This document shows positions 8,594 to 17,573 of a DNA stretch of 64,000 nt, piece after piece. The stretch spans positions 330 to 64,329 of the forward strand of contig DATDZF010000009.1 of assembly GCA_035288785.1 (NCBI GenBank), read 5' to 3'. The stretch comes from Candidatus Norongarragalinales archaeon (lineage in GTDB: Archaea; Micrarchaeota; Micrarchaeia; Norongarragalinales; SBBD01). Position 1 is the stretch's first letter. Each line of letters opens with the position of its first letter. The translations under genes and the position numbers were made by a program. Under the pieces are notes generated by a model. It was given only the letters and a program-made list of their open reading frames with translations. It searched no databases and was not told the origin of the DNA.

Positions 8594-9772
8594 ATGCCCC
8601 CACTCGAAAGAGACGTGATTTTTTCTAAAATTTTCAATGATGAACAGCGCAGGCTCCACCGGGAACTTAACCGGTTTTCGAGGAGGCACATCGCCCCATT
8701 CCTTGTGGAGATGAACGAGAGGGAAGAGGTATCACCGGAGCTGATCAAAAGGCTTCGGCGAAGGAAGCTCTTTGGGATCGGCATCCCGAAAAAGTACGGG
8801 GGCAGGGGCGGGGGCTTGGTCAGCGCATGCATCCGCGATGAAGCGCTAGGGTATGGCTCCGGGGCCGTTGGTCTTCTGGTAGGTGTTCCTGCTGGCGTTG
8901 CCGCGAGCACCATCCTGTTTGCGGGGACGGAAAAGCAAAAGCAGAATTGGGTAAGGCAGATTGCTGCGGGAACCATAGCAACTTTCCAGCTAACAGAGCC
9001 AGACAGGGGAAGCGATACCGACGTGCAATCCACAGTAAGGTTCACCGGAAGGGACGCCACGCTCAATGGGAACAAGGTATTCGTAACCAACGGCAAATTG
9101 GGCAAATTCGGGGTGGTAATTGCGCGAACCCCTCACCCTACAATAAAGGATAAGTTCCAGAATGTTGCGGTCATCGTGCCCGACATAGAAAAGTACATTG
9201 GGGAAAAGCATGGAAGGAAGATGGGGCTCAAAGCCTCACATACGAGCATTTTCCATTATGTCGATACGCCGCTCTCCTTCAAGCACGTGCTGGGCTTGAA
9301 GAGGGGGATTGGGATTGGCAGAAAAGCGGCATTCATGGCGCTGGATAAAAGCAGGGTGACGCTATCTGCAATTGCGCTCGGGATGGCAAGGCGCGCATAT
9401 GACGAGACCCTTGCCCATTACAAGGGGCAAGTCGCACGGAGGGAGCTCTCAGATGAGCAAATGGAATACCGCAGCAGCCTGATTGGGAAAATGAATAAGG
9501 ATATTCAGGCAATGCGGAGGCTGGTCTACACGGTTGCCGCGGAGTACGCCCCAACACGAGATTTTTCTGGCAAATCCATTGGCACGAAAATATTCGCATC
9601 CGAGACCCTGAACAAAATCATACAGAACGGATTGAAGGTAATTGGCGCGCCAGCCTATACTGAAAACCACCCGTTGGGCGTGCTATCTAATGACGCCAAA
9701 GTGTTCGAGATTTTCGAGGGAGCAAATGAGGCGATTTTGGCCGCCCTGGCAAGGCAATTGACTGAAAAATAA
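8594..9772 (+). CDS. Acyl-CoA dehydrogenase
   Basis: ACAD N-terminal and middle motifs (IPKKYGG, LTEPDRGSDT); start moved to Met 8594 (MPPLERD) because the track ORF from 8369 would run through the 5S rRNA gene. Confidence 0.75.
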   Translation: MPPLERDVIFSKIFNDEQRRLHRELNRFSRRHIAPFLVEMNEREEVSPELIKRLRRRKLFGIGIPKKYGGRGGGLVSACIRDEALGYGSGAVGLLVGVPAGVAASTILFAGTEKQKQNWVRQIAAGTIATFQLTEPDRGSDTDVQSTVRFTGRDATLNGNKVFVTNGKLGKFGVVIARTPHPTIKDKFQNVAVIVPDIEKYIGEKHGRKMGLKASHTSIFHYVDTPLSFKHVLGLKRGIGIGRKAAFMALDKSRVTLSAIALGMARRAYDETLAHYKGQVARRELSDEQMEYRSSLIGKMNKDIQAMRRLVYTVAAEYAPTRDFSGKSIGTKIFASETLNKIIQNGLKVIGAPAYTENHPLGVLSNDAKVFEIFEGANEAILAALARQLTEK

Positions 9773-9781
9773 TTTTGCAAT

Positions 9782-9844
9782 GGGAGGGGTTGGGCAATTG
9801 GTAAGAACAGGGTGCACCAGAAACCCGGAGTTTCCGGGCATGCC
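9782..9844 (+). repeat. Copy A of an approximately 60-nt structured intergenic repeat (GGGAGGGG..GGGCAA...CCAGAAACCCGGAGTTTCCGGGCATGC)
   Basis: About 75% identical to 17445..17503; contains hairpin CCCGG-AGTTT-CCGGG; sits between convergent ACAD and PCNA. Confidence 0.6.
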
Positions 9845-9885
9845 TTGTAAGTAACGGAATCAAGAGCATTCTTCATTTTGGGTTT

Positions 9886-10641
9886 TTATGCGGATTCCAC
9901 CCTTGGCGCAAGGAAGAACACGAACTCCGCCTCGGAAATCTTGTAGGAGAGCCGGATTGGCTTGTTGGTTCCGAACTCTATGTGTACTGGCTCGGCTTCA
10001 ATGGCTGCGCGGGTCATCTTGTCCAGGTATTCCGCAGGGTACATCGCCTTGGTGGCAGATGCCGCCTTGACCTCCAGGTCCTTGAGGGTCTTCGTATTGT
10101 TCTCTACCTTCAGGTCCCCTGAATCGCCGTGCGCCTCTATGTTGAACTGGCCATCCTGTGCTTCCATCTGCAGGTGGGATGAAACTAGCACCACATCCTT
10201 GAGCATTTCCTTGAAATGGCCCGCCTTGATCTTGACAGCTGTCTCGAGCTGCACCTTGGGCTCTTTTGGGATGGACGAATCGCGCAAATCAAGCAGCGGG
10301 AGCTTGAAATCGCGCTTGGAATCGCCCGCAAAATCAATGAGCAGCCTATTGCCCTCCTTCTCGTCAAAAACAATGGTGACTTTCTCGGAGCCCTTGCTCC
10401 TTGAAAGCACTTTTGAAAGGTCCTGCAGGTTCAGTGAAATCGTCCGTGGCTCGTCCACATCGAAGGACGCAAACGCATGCCCCTTTGGCAGCCTGAAATC
10501 AACCATCGCTATCTGCGAGGGGTCAAGTGAGCGCAGGTGGATCCCTTCCTTTGAAATCTCGAAGCTGCCCTCATCTATCAGGTTGCCAACAGCGTCAATG
10601 CACTGCTTGAAGAATCGCGCATCCTTGAATGAGAATTCCAT
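9886..10641 (-). CDS. pcn: DNA polymerase sliding clamp PCNA
   Basis: 251 aa from Met 10641 (MEFSFKDARFFKQCIDAV...); PCNA two-domain length and N-terminal pattern. Confidence 0.8.
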   Translation of the reverse strand: MEFSFKDARFFKQCIDAVGNLIDEGSFEISKEGIHLRSLDPSQIAMVDFRLPKGHAFASFDVDEPRTISLNLQDLSKVLSRSKGSEKVTIVFDEKEGNRLLIDFAGDSKRDFKLPLLDLRDSSIPKEPKVQLETAVKIKAGHFKEMLKDVVLVSSHLQMEAQDGQFNIEAHGDSGDLKVENNTKTLKDLEVKAASATKAMYPAEYLDKMTRAAIEAEPVHIEFGTNKPIRLSYKISEAEFVFFLAPRVESA

Positions 10642-10793
10642 AACCCCCACACCCCTTGCTTGAAAAGAATACAAAAGCATTCCCGATGAAAGTTATTAAA
10701 GATTTGGCTTTGATGGGGATTGCAAATCAGGTGGGGCGATTTAGTTTAATTGCGGAAGTTGCGGATGGGAAACTCCGAACAATTGCGGTCCAA

Positions 10794-12173
10794 TCATATT
10801 TTCCCGAACTTCAGCTCCCTCCCCTCGCCCATCCTTGCAAGCACGCTCTCGCCATCATATGCGATTTTACCGGCCAGGATGGTCTTCCGGATTCTCCCCC
10901 GCACCTCCATGCCATCATACGGCGACCACTTGCATTTTGTGAACAGCTTATCATTCGAGATCCTGGTTTTCGCCTTCATGTCAATTAGCACAAGGTCCGC
11001 ATCCCTCCCGACTGCAATTGCGCCCTTGTTGTAGATCTTGAAAACCCTTGAAGGCGCAGTGGAATAGAGCAAAACCACCTTTTGGAGGGGCAACCTCTTC
11101 TTGTTCACGGCATCAAGCATGAGCAGAAGCGCCGTGTCCAATTCCGGGATCCCGGAGGGCGCTTCCAAGTAGCCCTTTTCCTTTTCCTCCCGCAAATGGG
11201 GCGCATGGTCGGTTGCGAGCATGTCAATTTGGCCTTTTTGCACGGATTCCCATAGCCCGGCAACCTGCGCCTTGCTCCTTAGGGGGGGGTTTACCTTCGC
11301 GAAATTGCCGAGTTTTTTAGTAAGCGATTCGTCGAGGAATAAATGATGCGGCGAAACCTCGCAGCTAACTCTCAATTTCCGTTTCTTTGCCGAATCGATC
11401 AGATCAACTTCCTTTCTTGTGGAGACATGCGCAAAATGGAGCTTGGCGCTTGTTTTTGCAGCCGAGGCTAGCGCCCTTGCGACAGCCAATTCCGCAGCCA
11501 TCTCGTTCCTAATCTTGGAATGCGAGGAAGCGGAAGGGTGCGCATTGCTCGATACCCCCGGCTTTGGCTCAGCCCCCCCATGCACCTTGGAAAAATGCCG
11601 GATCGCACCCTCATCTTCCGCGTGCAGGGTGATGGTTTTCTTGAAGGTTGCAAGGTGGCGGTAAAATGAGGAGAAATCATCAATAAGCAAGGAGCCGGTT
11701 GAGGAGCCCATGTAAATCTTGAGGGAGGCAATGGATGGATCAATGGCGGCAAGCTTTGTTTCCTCGAAATTATCGCCCGTTGCACCGAAATGGAAGCCGT
11801 AGTTGCATACGGCCTTTTTCGTTGCAACGAATTTTTTGGCACCCAGATTCTGGATTGAAATTGTGGGCAGTGAATTATTGGGCATGTCTATGACGGAAGT
11901 AACGCCTCCGGCAATGGCAGCGCTGGTCCCGGAGAAATAATCCTCCTTGGGAATTTCCCTGAAATCGCGAAGGTGGACGTGCGCATCGACCATTCCCGGA
12001 AGGATGAACAATCCGGTGGCATCAATTGTTTCCTCCCCGGGCACATAGATGCTTTTTGCGATTTTCCGGATCCTGCCCAATTCCAGATAGAGGTCCGCCT
12101 TTTGCAATCCGGCGGCGTTCACGATGGTGCCGTTCTTGATTAGCATTGAATCGGAAATAGGAATGGGCTCCAA
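10794..12173 (-). CDS. pyrC: Dihydroorotase (cyclic amidohydrolase superfamily)
   Basis: 459 aa; metal-binding HVHLR motif near N-terminus, amidohydrolase fold; operon with pyrK and pyrD. Confidence 0.7.
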   Translation of the reverse strand: MEPIPISDSMLIKNGTIVNAAGLQKADLYLELGRIRKIAKSIYVPGEETIDATGLFILPGMVDAHVHLRDFREIPKEDYFSGTSAAIAGGVTSVIDMPNNSLPTISIQNLGAKKFVATKKAVCNYGFHFGATGDNFEETKLAAIDPSIASLKIYMGSSTGSLLIDDFSSFYRHLATFKKTITLHAEDEGAIRHFSKVHGGAEPKPGVSSNAHPSASSHSKIRNEMAAELAVARALASAAKTSAKLHFAHVSTRKEVDLIDSAKKRKLRVSCEVSPHHLFLDESLTKKLGNFAKVNPPLRSKAQVAGLWESVQKGQIDMLATDHAPHLREEKEKGYLEAPSGIPELDTALLLMLDAVNKKRLPLQKVVLLYSTAPSRVFKIYNKGAIAVGRDADLVLIDMKAKTRISNDKLFTKCKWSPYDGMEVRGRIRKTILAGKIAYDGESVLARMGEGRELKFGKI

Positions 12174-12185
12174 GGTTATTTATTA

Positions 12186-13001
12186 CTACCATTTGACTTT
12201 TTTCCCGCCCTTGCCGCGGTGGAAATTGCCCCAATCCTCGATATCTTCAAGCAGGGAAGCATCCAGTACCGGGCCGTCCCTGCAGGACATGTAACCGCCA
12301 ATGGTGCATGCACCGCAAACCCCAACTCCGCATTTCATGAAGCGCTCTGCAGAAACAAAGCAGGGGATGCCGTGCTTTTTTGCCAGTTTTGAGAGGTGGA
12401 ACATCATCTTTTCTGGCCCGCAGGAATAAATGGCATCGAATTTGGTTTTTGAAATGAGCGATTCTGCGAGTTGCACGGCATTGCCCTTAAAACCCCTGCT
12501 TCCATCGTCCGTTGAAACATGCACTTCGCACCCTTCCTTTTCAAGGCGTTTTTCAAACAACAAGTCTTTCTCATTTTTTGCGCCAACAATTGCAACGCAT
12601 TTGACGCCGCCCTTCTTTTTCGCCTCTTGCGCAAGGAATCTTAAGGGGACGACGCCGTATCCTCCCCCAACCAGAAGGATATTTTTGCCTTTCAGCTCGA
12701 ATGAAGTCCCATATGGGCCGCTTACCCCTACCCTATCGCCAACCTTCAATTCCGCCAATTTATTGCTGAAGGGGCCAACTGCCGCAAAGGAAATCGAGAA
12801 TGGTTCGCAGGAATTGATGCTCATGGGCTTCTCATCAACGGAGGGAAGCCATATCATCGCGAATTGGCCGGGAAGGGATGGCAAGTCCTCCTTGAAGAAG
12901 AAGGTTTTAACCCGGTAGTTCTCGGTTTCAATTTTGGAGACTGTGAACGGAGCAGGGATTTTGGGAGGAAATTTGTAGCCGGATGTTGCGGATTTTTCCA
13001 T
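12186..13001 (-). CDS. pyrK: Dihydroorotate dehydrogenase electron-transfer subunit
   Basis: 271 aa; FAD/NAD-binding ferredoxin-reductase-like domain plus C-terminal Cys cluster (CGVGVCGAC) for 2Fe-2S. Confidence 0.75.
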   Translation of the reverse strand: MEKSATSGYKFPPKIPAPFTVSKIETENYRVKTFFFKEDLPSLPGQFAMIWLPSVDEKPMSINSCEPFSISFAAVGPFSNKLAELKVGDRVGVSGPYGTSFELKGKNILLVGGGYGVVPLRFLAQEAKKKGGVKCVAIVGAKNEKDLLFEKRLEKEGCEVHVSTDDGSRGFKGNAVQLAESLISKTKFDAIYSCGPEKMMFHLSKLAKKHGIPCFVSAERFMKCGVGVCGACTIGGYMSCRDGPVLDASLLEDIEDWGNFHRGKGGKKVKW

Positions 13002-13047
13002 GTTAATTATCAGCCGTTCTTTTCGTTTTCATCAGCCGTTGCTTCGT

Positions 13048-13971
13048 TTACCCATGCGCAGCGCCAATCAGCTCCTTTGCTGAATCATATCCGTTCTTTT
13101 GCATCCATTCCTCCATTTCATCGCAAATGAGCTTGAATGCATCAATCCCGCGGTAATAGGTTGCGGTCCCAACTCCTACAGCGGCTGCGCCGGCCATGAG
13201 CATCTCTATTGCGTCCTTTCCGTTTGTGACGCCCCCTGTGCCGATTATGGGGATTTTTACTGCCCCGAAGCATTGGTAGACGCATTTGAGCGCTATTGGC
13301 TTTATGGCGGGCCCGGAAACGCCCCCGAATTTGTTGTGCAGAATGGGTTTTTTGAATTCGGGGGATATCAGCATGCCACCGGCAGTGTTTATGGCGGTAA
13401 TTCCATCCGCGCCTGCCTTTTCAGCAGCAACCGCAAGGTCAGCAATGTTGGGGACATTGGGGGATAATTTTGCAAAGATGGGGATTTTGGTGTTCTTTTT
13501 GGCAATTTGCACAGTTTCCGCAATGAGTGCCGGGTCCGAGGCGAAATCATGGTACTTCTCGAAGCCCTTCCCGCCCAAATGGGGGCATGAAAGGTCAAGC
13601 TCAATTAGGTGGGGTGAACCGGTCGAGATGCGCTTCACAACTTCACCGAACCTTTCGGGAGAATTCTCGAAAACGGAGCCGATGATGATTGCCTTGGTCT
13701 TCTTGCGGAGCGTTTGGAGCTCCTCAATCTCACTTTCCACGCCCGCATTGGCAAGCCCAATGGCATTCAGCATGAAATTCTCATTCGCTAGCACCGTGGG
13801 GTTGTTGTAGCCCTCCCTTCCCTCGAGGTTACAGCTTTTAGTGGTGACAGCGCCAGCCCCGGACTTGGCGACCCTATCCAAAGAGGCCCAATCCAAACCT
13901 AAAAAACCAGAAGCAAGTACGGTAGGATTTGCAAGTTTATGTCCGCACAACTCCGTCTGCAGATTTACCAT
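13048..13971 (-). CDS. pyrD: Dihydroorotate dehydrogenase catalytic subunit (class 1B)
   Basis: 307 aa; TIM-barrel DHODH motifs (NPTVLASGF, GFEKYHDF..., IGTGGV). Confidence 0.85.
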   Translation of the reverse strand: MVNLQTELCGHKLANPTVLASGFLGLDWASLDRVAKSGAGAVTTKSCNLEGREGYNNPTVLANENFMLNAIGLANAGVESEIEELQTLRKKTKAIIIGSVFENSPERFGEVVKRISTGSPHLIELDLSCPHLGGKGFEKYHDFASDPALIAETVQIAKKNTKIPIFAKLSPNVPNIADLAVAAEKAGADGITAINTAGGMLISPEFKKPILHNKFGGVSGPAIKPIALKCVYQCFGAVKIPIIGTGGVTNGKDAIEMLMAGAAAVGVGTATYYRGIDAFKLICDEMEEWMQKNGYDSAKELIGAAHG

Positions 13972-14127
13972 AGAATCAGGAATAATTTATCGAAATGCTG
14001 ATTTTAAAGGGGTTGGTTTGGAAACCTTGCAGGTAAGGGCGAGGAATTGGTTGGGAATGGAAAACGCGCAAAATCCTCCGTATCGCTGCTTGCTGCAACT
14101 AAGCCACAAAAAAAAGAAAAAAGCCGG

Positions 14128-16455
14128 CTACTTTTGCGCCGGAGCCGTGCTCGTGCTGGTCCAGGCGATGTCATCACCGTTGGCAACGAGCTGGTAGTAC
14201 TTCTTTACGATTACCGGCGGATAGTAAAACACAGCCGAGGTGGGCGAGATGCTATGGAATTCGGTTCCCCGGTAGGAAGTATAGCCGATTTCTTTAGTGG
14301 CAAAATTCTCGTTGCCCAGATAGCTATAACCTATTTTATCGACTGTTGAAGAACCAATTACGTTCACGAATTGCCTTAAATTCTTGTCGTAAAGTATGTT
14401 CAAGTGCCAGTTGCTGTAATGGGTGAAGACATTGCCAGCCTCCGTATCCGATATCTTTTCCGGTATTTTTATCGCAACGCCATTAGGGATGCTGAAGTCG
14501 AAGTATATGTCGGCTCTTTCATCGGTGCGATAGTGATAGAAGGCATAATTGAAACCGCCATATTTGATGTAACCACTTGAGTCCAGATAGAAGATGCCGC
14601 CGGGGGTAAGCGGGCCGTATCCGCAGCTCGTTCCATTGCCAGAGCCATTGCCACCAGTCATGTTCGAGCAGCTGTAACCCGATCCATTGACGACCACATA
14701 GACGTCGGGAACCGACCTTCCGGGGAATTGGAAGGCATTGCTTAATCCGGAGACTATGTAGATGAAATCGCCATTTATCGAGCCATCGATAGTGGTCAGG
14801 GTTATGCTCCTTTGGACTGTGAACTGGAGCGTATCTGCCACCATTGTTGGGCCATCGCCAACATATTTGAACGAGAATCCCATCGGGTACTTGATAATGC
14901 CAATTTTCTCCCCGGCATTAAGGGTCTGGGAGATCGGAATCTTGTAGGTCTGGTCGAGGTCATTGTAGATTCGGATAGCTGAAATGGATTCGGAGCCATC
15001 CGGATTGGAAAGATAGTATGTGAGCGAGTTCCTGCCATCCTTCACAAAATAACCATCGATATCCAAATAGTAGATGTCGCCCATGGTGCTATTGGAATTG
15101 TTTGAAAGTGGGCTTACCATATAGTAAATGTCGTTAACCTTCCTTTCGCCGAAACGAAATACCTCGGGTTTTTGGGCAACAGCTAGCATAATGTCGCCGG
15201 TAATTGTTGTCCCATCCTTGAAGGTCATGGAGTAGGCTTTGAGCAAGGAGAAGGATACTACATCAGCGCCGGGGTCATATTTCACATTGCCTCCTGTTGA
15301 GCTTTTTTGGTAAAGGCCATTTGCATCAAGGTAATAGATTTCGGATGGCGCCCTAACCCTGAAAAGGATTTCATCAACAATCCGTGAGCCAAAATTGAAC
15401 GCATTATTCTGGGCGGAATCCACAACGACAAAATCATCGGTAAGTGTTGAGCCGTCCGACAAGGCTATTGCCATGGATTTTTTGACTCCAAGGCTCCAAG
15501 GATCGTATGCGGCAGGCAGAATGTAACGGTCAGACACGATATTGTTATACCAATTCTTAGCTGCGCCGGGTTGATTGACTATCTCAACCTCATAGCCATT
15601 TTTCAGGAACATGGTTTTTCCATCCTCACGGACAAGCTTCAGGTTGATGATTGAGCCGCCTTCGAGCCAGTAGTCCCGGACATACCACGATGAGCCCAAA
15701 ACCCAGATCTTGAGGTTGGAATTCTTAAGCTGCTGTGCAGCCGGGCAATTGGATGCGCTTTTTGTGAGATCAAAGCAAAGCGGCAATGGCTGGTTGAACA
15801 TCGCCACATAGCCGGTCTTGGCATATTTTGCCTGAACCGCTTTTACCGTTTCATCGTAGGAGGTGTAGGCGAAAAGGAGTGCATGGTTCTCTTCCGTCAC
15901 GGATAGTCCGTTTCCGGAATAAATGAGGCCATTATTCGGGAGTGAAAGTGGTTGCGCCAAGGAAGCTTTCAGGTATTTTGGCCCCATGTTCGGTAAAAAG
16001 TAGCTAACGCCGCTTCCAAAACGTGATGTTTCTGTTGTGTACCTGACGCTGTCGGGCTGGTAATCGAGATCGTCATGGATGTAGGTGCTCATTTGATAGG
16101 GTTGGGGGGCAAAACAGGTGCCGCCGGTCTGTGGGATTTGGCCTGCCGGGCAGCCGCATTTGATCGAATTCGAAACGAGCTGGCCAGAGGAGGTGCAGAA
16201 TTTGGGCTTTGCCTTGGAGCAGGAGTTGAGCTTTGTTGCATAAACATCATTGCAGGAAGTCTTAGCAGGGCCAAGAGTAGCTGCAACTTTTGCTCCGCCG
16301 CCGATTGCCTCCCCATAGATGTTGCCGGAGGCAAGGGGGCCGCTGGCATCAGTAGGCTGCTTTGACATGAAAATGACGGCTACTAGCAATGCAACTGCAA
16401 TGCAGGCAATGACGAACCAGTAATTCGGGGCAGACTCCTTGCTTTTCCTTACCAT
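14128..16455 (-). CDS. Large secreted/surface protein with N-terminal signal-anchor (possible S-layer or adhesin)
   Basis: 775 aa; N-terminal TM (WFVIACIAVALLVAVIFM), Ser/Thr/Gly/Asn/Tyr-rich beta-like composition, many Cys near N-terminus. Confidence 0.55.
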   Translation of the reverse strand: MVRKSKESAPNYWFVIACIAVALLVAVIFMSKQPTDASGPLASGNIYGEAIGGGAKVAATLGPAKTSCNDVYATKLNSCSKAKPKFCTSSGQLVSNSIKCGCPAGQIPQTGGTCFAPQPYQMSTYIHDDLDYQPDSVRYTTETSRFGSGVSYFLPNMGPKYLKASLAQPLSLPNNGLIYSGNGLSVTEENHALLFAYTSYDETVKAVQAKYAKTGYVAMFNQPLPLCFDLTKSASNCPAAQQLKNSNLKIWVLGSSWYVRDYWLEGGSIINLKLVREDGKTMFLKNGYEVEIVNQPGAAKNWYNNIVSDRYILPAAYDPWSLGVKKSMAIALSDGSTLTDDFVVVDSAQNNAFNFGSRIVDEILFRVRAPSEIYYLDANGLYQKSSTGGNVKYDPGADVVSFSLLKAYSMTFKDGTTITGDIMLAVAQKPEVFRFGERKVNDIYYMVSPLSNNSNSTMGDIYYLDIDGYFVKDGRNSLTYYLSNPDGSESISAIRIYNDLDQTYKIPISQTLNAGEKIGIIKYPMGFSFKYVGDGPTMVADTLQFTVQRSITLTTIDGSINGDFIYIVSGLSNAFQFPGRSVPDVYVVVNGSGYSCSNMTGGNGSGNGTSCGYGPLTPGGIFYLDSSGYIKYGGFNYAFYHYRTDERADIYFDFSIPNGVAIKIPEKISDTEAGNVFTHYSNWHLNILYDKNLRQFVNVIGSSTVDKIGYSYLGNENFATKEIGYTSYRGTEFHSISPTSAVFYYPPVIVKKYYQLVANGDDIAWTSTSTAPAQK

Positions 16456-16608
16456 TCGATCACCTTAAAATGCGGGTTGAAAGGTGAAAGATTGGGCGGT
16501 ATTTAAGGATTGCGGTTGATTTTTGAAACTGAATGGCGGATTTTTTGGGAAATTGCGAACATGCAGCCAAGATGTGCTAAGGAATCTTTGCAGCATATTT
16601 TTGAATCC

Positions 16609-17319
16609 TTACCTTTTCCCAAATAATGCAGCGCCAATCCTAACCATAGTGGCGCCTTCCTCAATTGCAACCAAGTAGTCCTGCGACATTCCCATTGAAA
16701 GCTCTGGGAGTGAATGATGAAAAGTGGCTTGGAGATGCTTTTGCAGAAGGCATAGCTTTTGGAAGATCGGCCGGGAACGCTCGGGATCCCCGCTTAACGG
16801 CGCAATTGTCATCAAACCCGTAATTTGAAGGTGTGGTAGAAGGAGCAATGTTTGGAAATTCGCAAGCAGGTCCGCTTCATGGAACCCGGCTTTCGATCCC
16901 TCCCTAGAGACATTAACCTGAAGGAGCGCTTTTTGCCTCTTACCCTGCTTTCCGGCCTCCGAATTTATTTTTTCCGCCAATTTCAGGGAATCGATGGAGT
17001 GGATCCACTCGAAGAGCTCAACGGCCTTTTTCACCTTGTTGGTCTGGAGCCTTCCCATGAAATGCCAATTTACGGAATAGTTGGGCGGCAGTGAATTTGA
17101 GACAATTATCTTCCTTTCCGCTTCCTGCACCTTGCTTTCGCCAAAATCAGTGATTCCCAAAGCGAATGCCTCCCTGATTGCGGCCTGATGCTGGTTTTTC
17201 GTTACTGCAATGAGAATGACTGATGCGGGATTGCGCTTGGCATTTTGACAGGCAATTGCAATATTTCGCCTTACCAGCTCGAGGTTTACTTCAATCGGCG
17301 TTCCATTTTCCTTAAGCAT
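16609..17319 (-). CDS. YggS/PLPHP family pyridoxal-phosphate homeostasis protein
   Basis: 236 aa; alanine-racemase N-terminal-like barrel with conserved Lys context (IAVTKNQ). Confidence 0.75.
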   Translation of the reverse strand: MLKENGTPIEVNLELVRRNIAIACQNAKRNPASVILIAVTKNQHQAAIREAFALGITDFGESKVQEAERKIIVSNSLPPNYSVNWHFMGRLQTNKVKKAVELFEWIHSIDSLKLAEKINSEAGKQGKRQKALLQVNVSREGSKAGFHEADLLANFQTLLLLPHLQITGLMTIAPLSGDPERSRPIFQKLCLLQKHLQATFHHSLPELSMGMSQDYLVAIEEGATMVRIGAALFGKR

Positions 17320-17444
17320 AAAAGAAGATAGGGAAAAAGGGTTATTATTAACATTCAGAGGAGGGTTTGGGCAAGCGTCTTGGGGGAACCTAGGTTTCCC
17401 GCTACCCTTGGAAGCATCCCCTTCCTAATTCGCAAAACTAATTA

Positions 17445-17503
17445 GGAGGGGCAGGGCAACCCGGTAGGGGATGCTCCAGAAACCCCGAGTTTCTGGGCAT
17501 GCT
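17445..17503 (+). repeat. Copy B of the ~60-nt structured repeat (AGGAGGGGCAGGGCAA...CCAGAAACCCCGAGTTTCTGGGCATGC)
   Basis: Aligned by eye to 9782..9844; hairpin CCAGAAAC-CCCGA-GTTTCTGG; embedded in a hairpin-rich 250-nt divergent intergenic region. Confidence 0.6.
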
Positions 17504-17573
17504 TAGAACCCGTAGGGTTCTGACGCAACGTAGTTCCCCTTGGGGTTGGGGATTTGCCCTCCTTGGGTTGGTC

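Noticed and set aside
12022-12234. 70-aa ORF bridging the pyrK/pyrC junction
   Set aside because: Overlaps the 3' end of pyrK and the start of pyrC on the same strand in another frame; no support.
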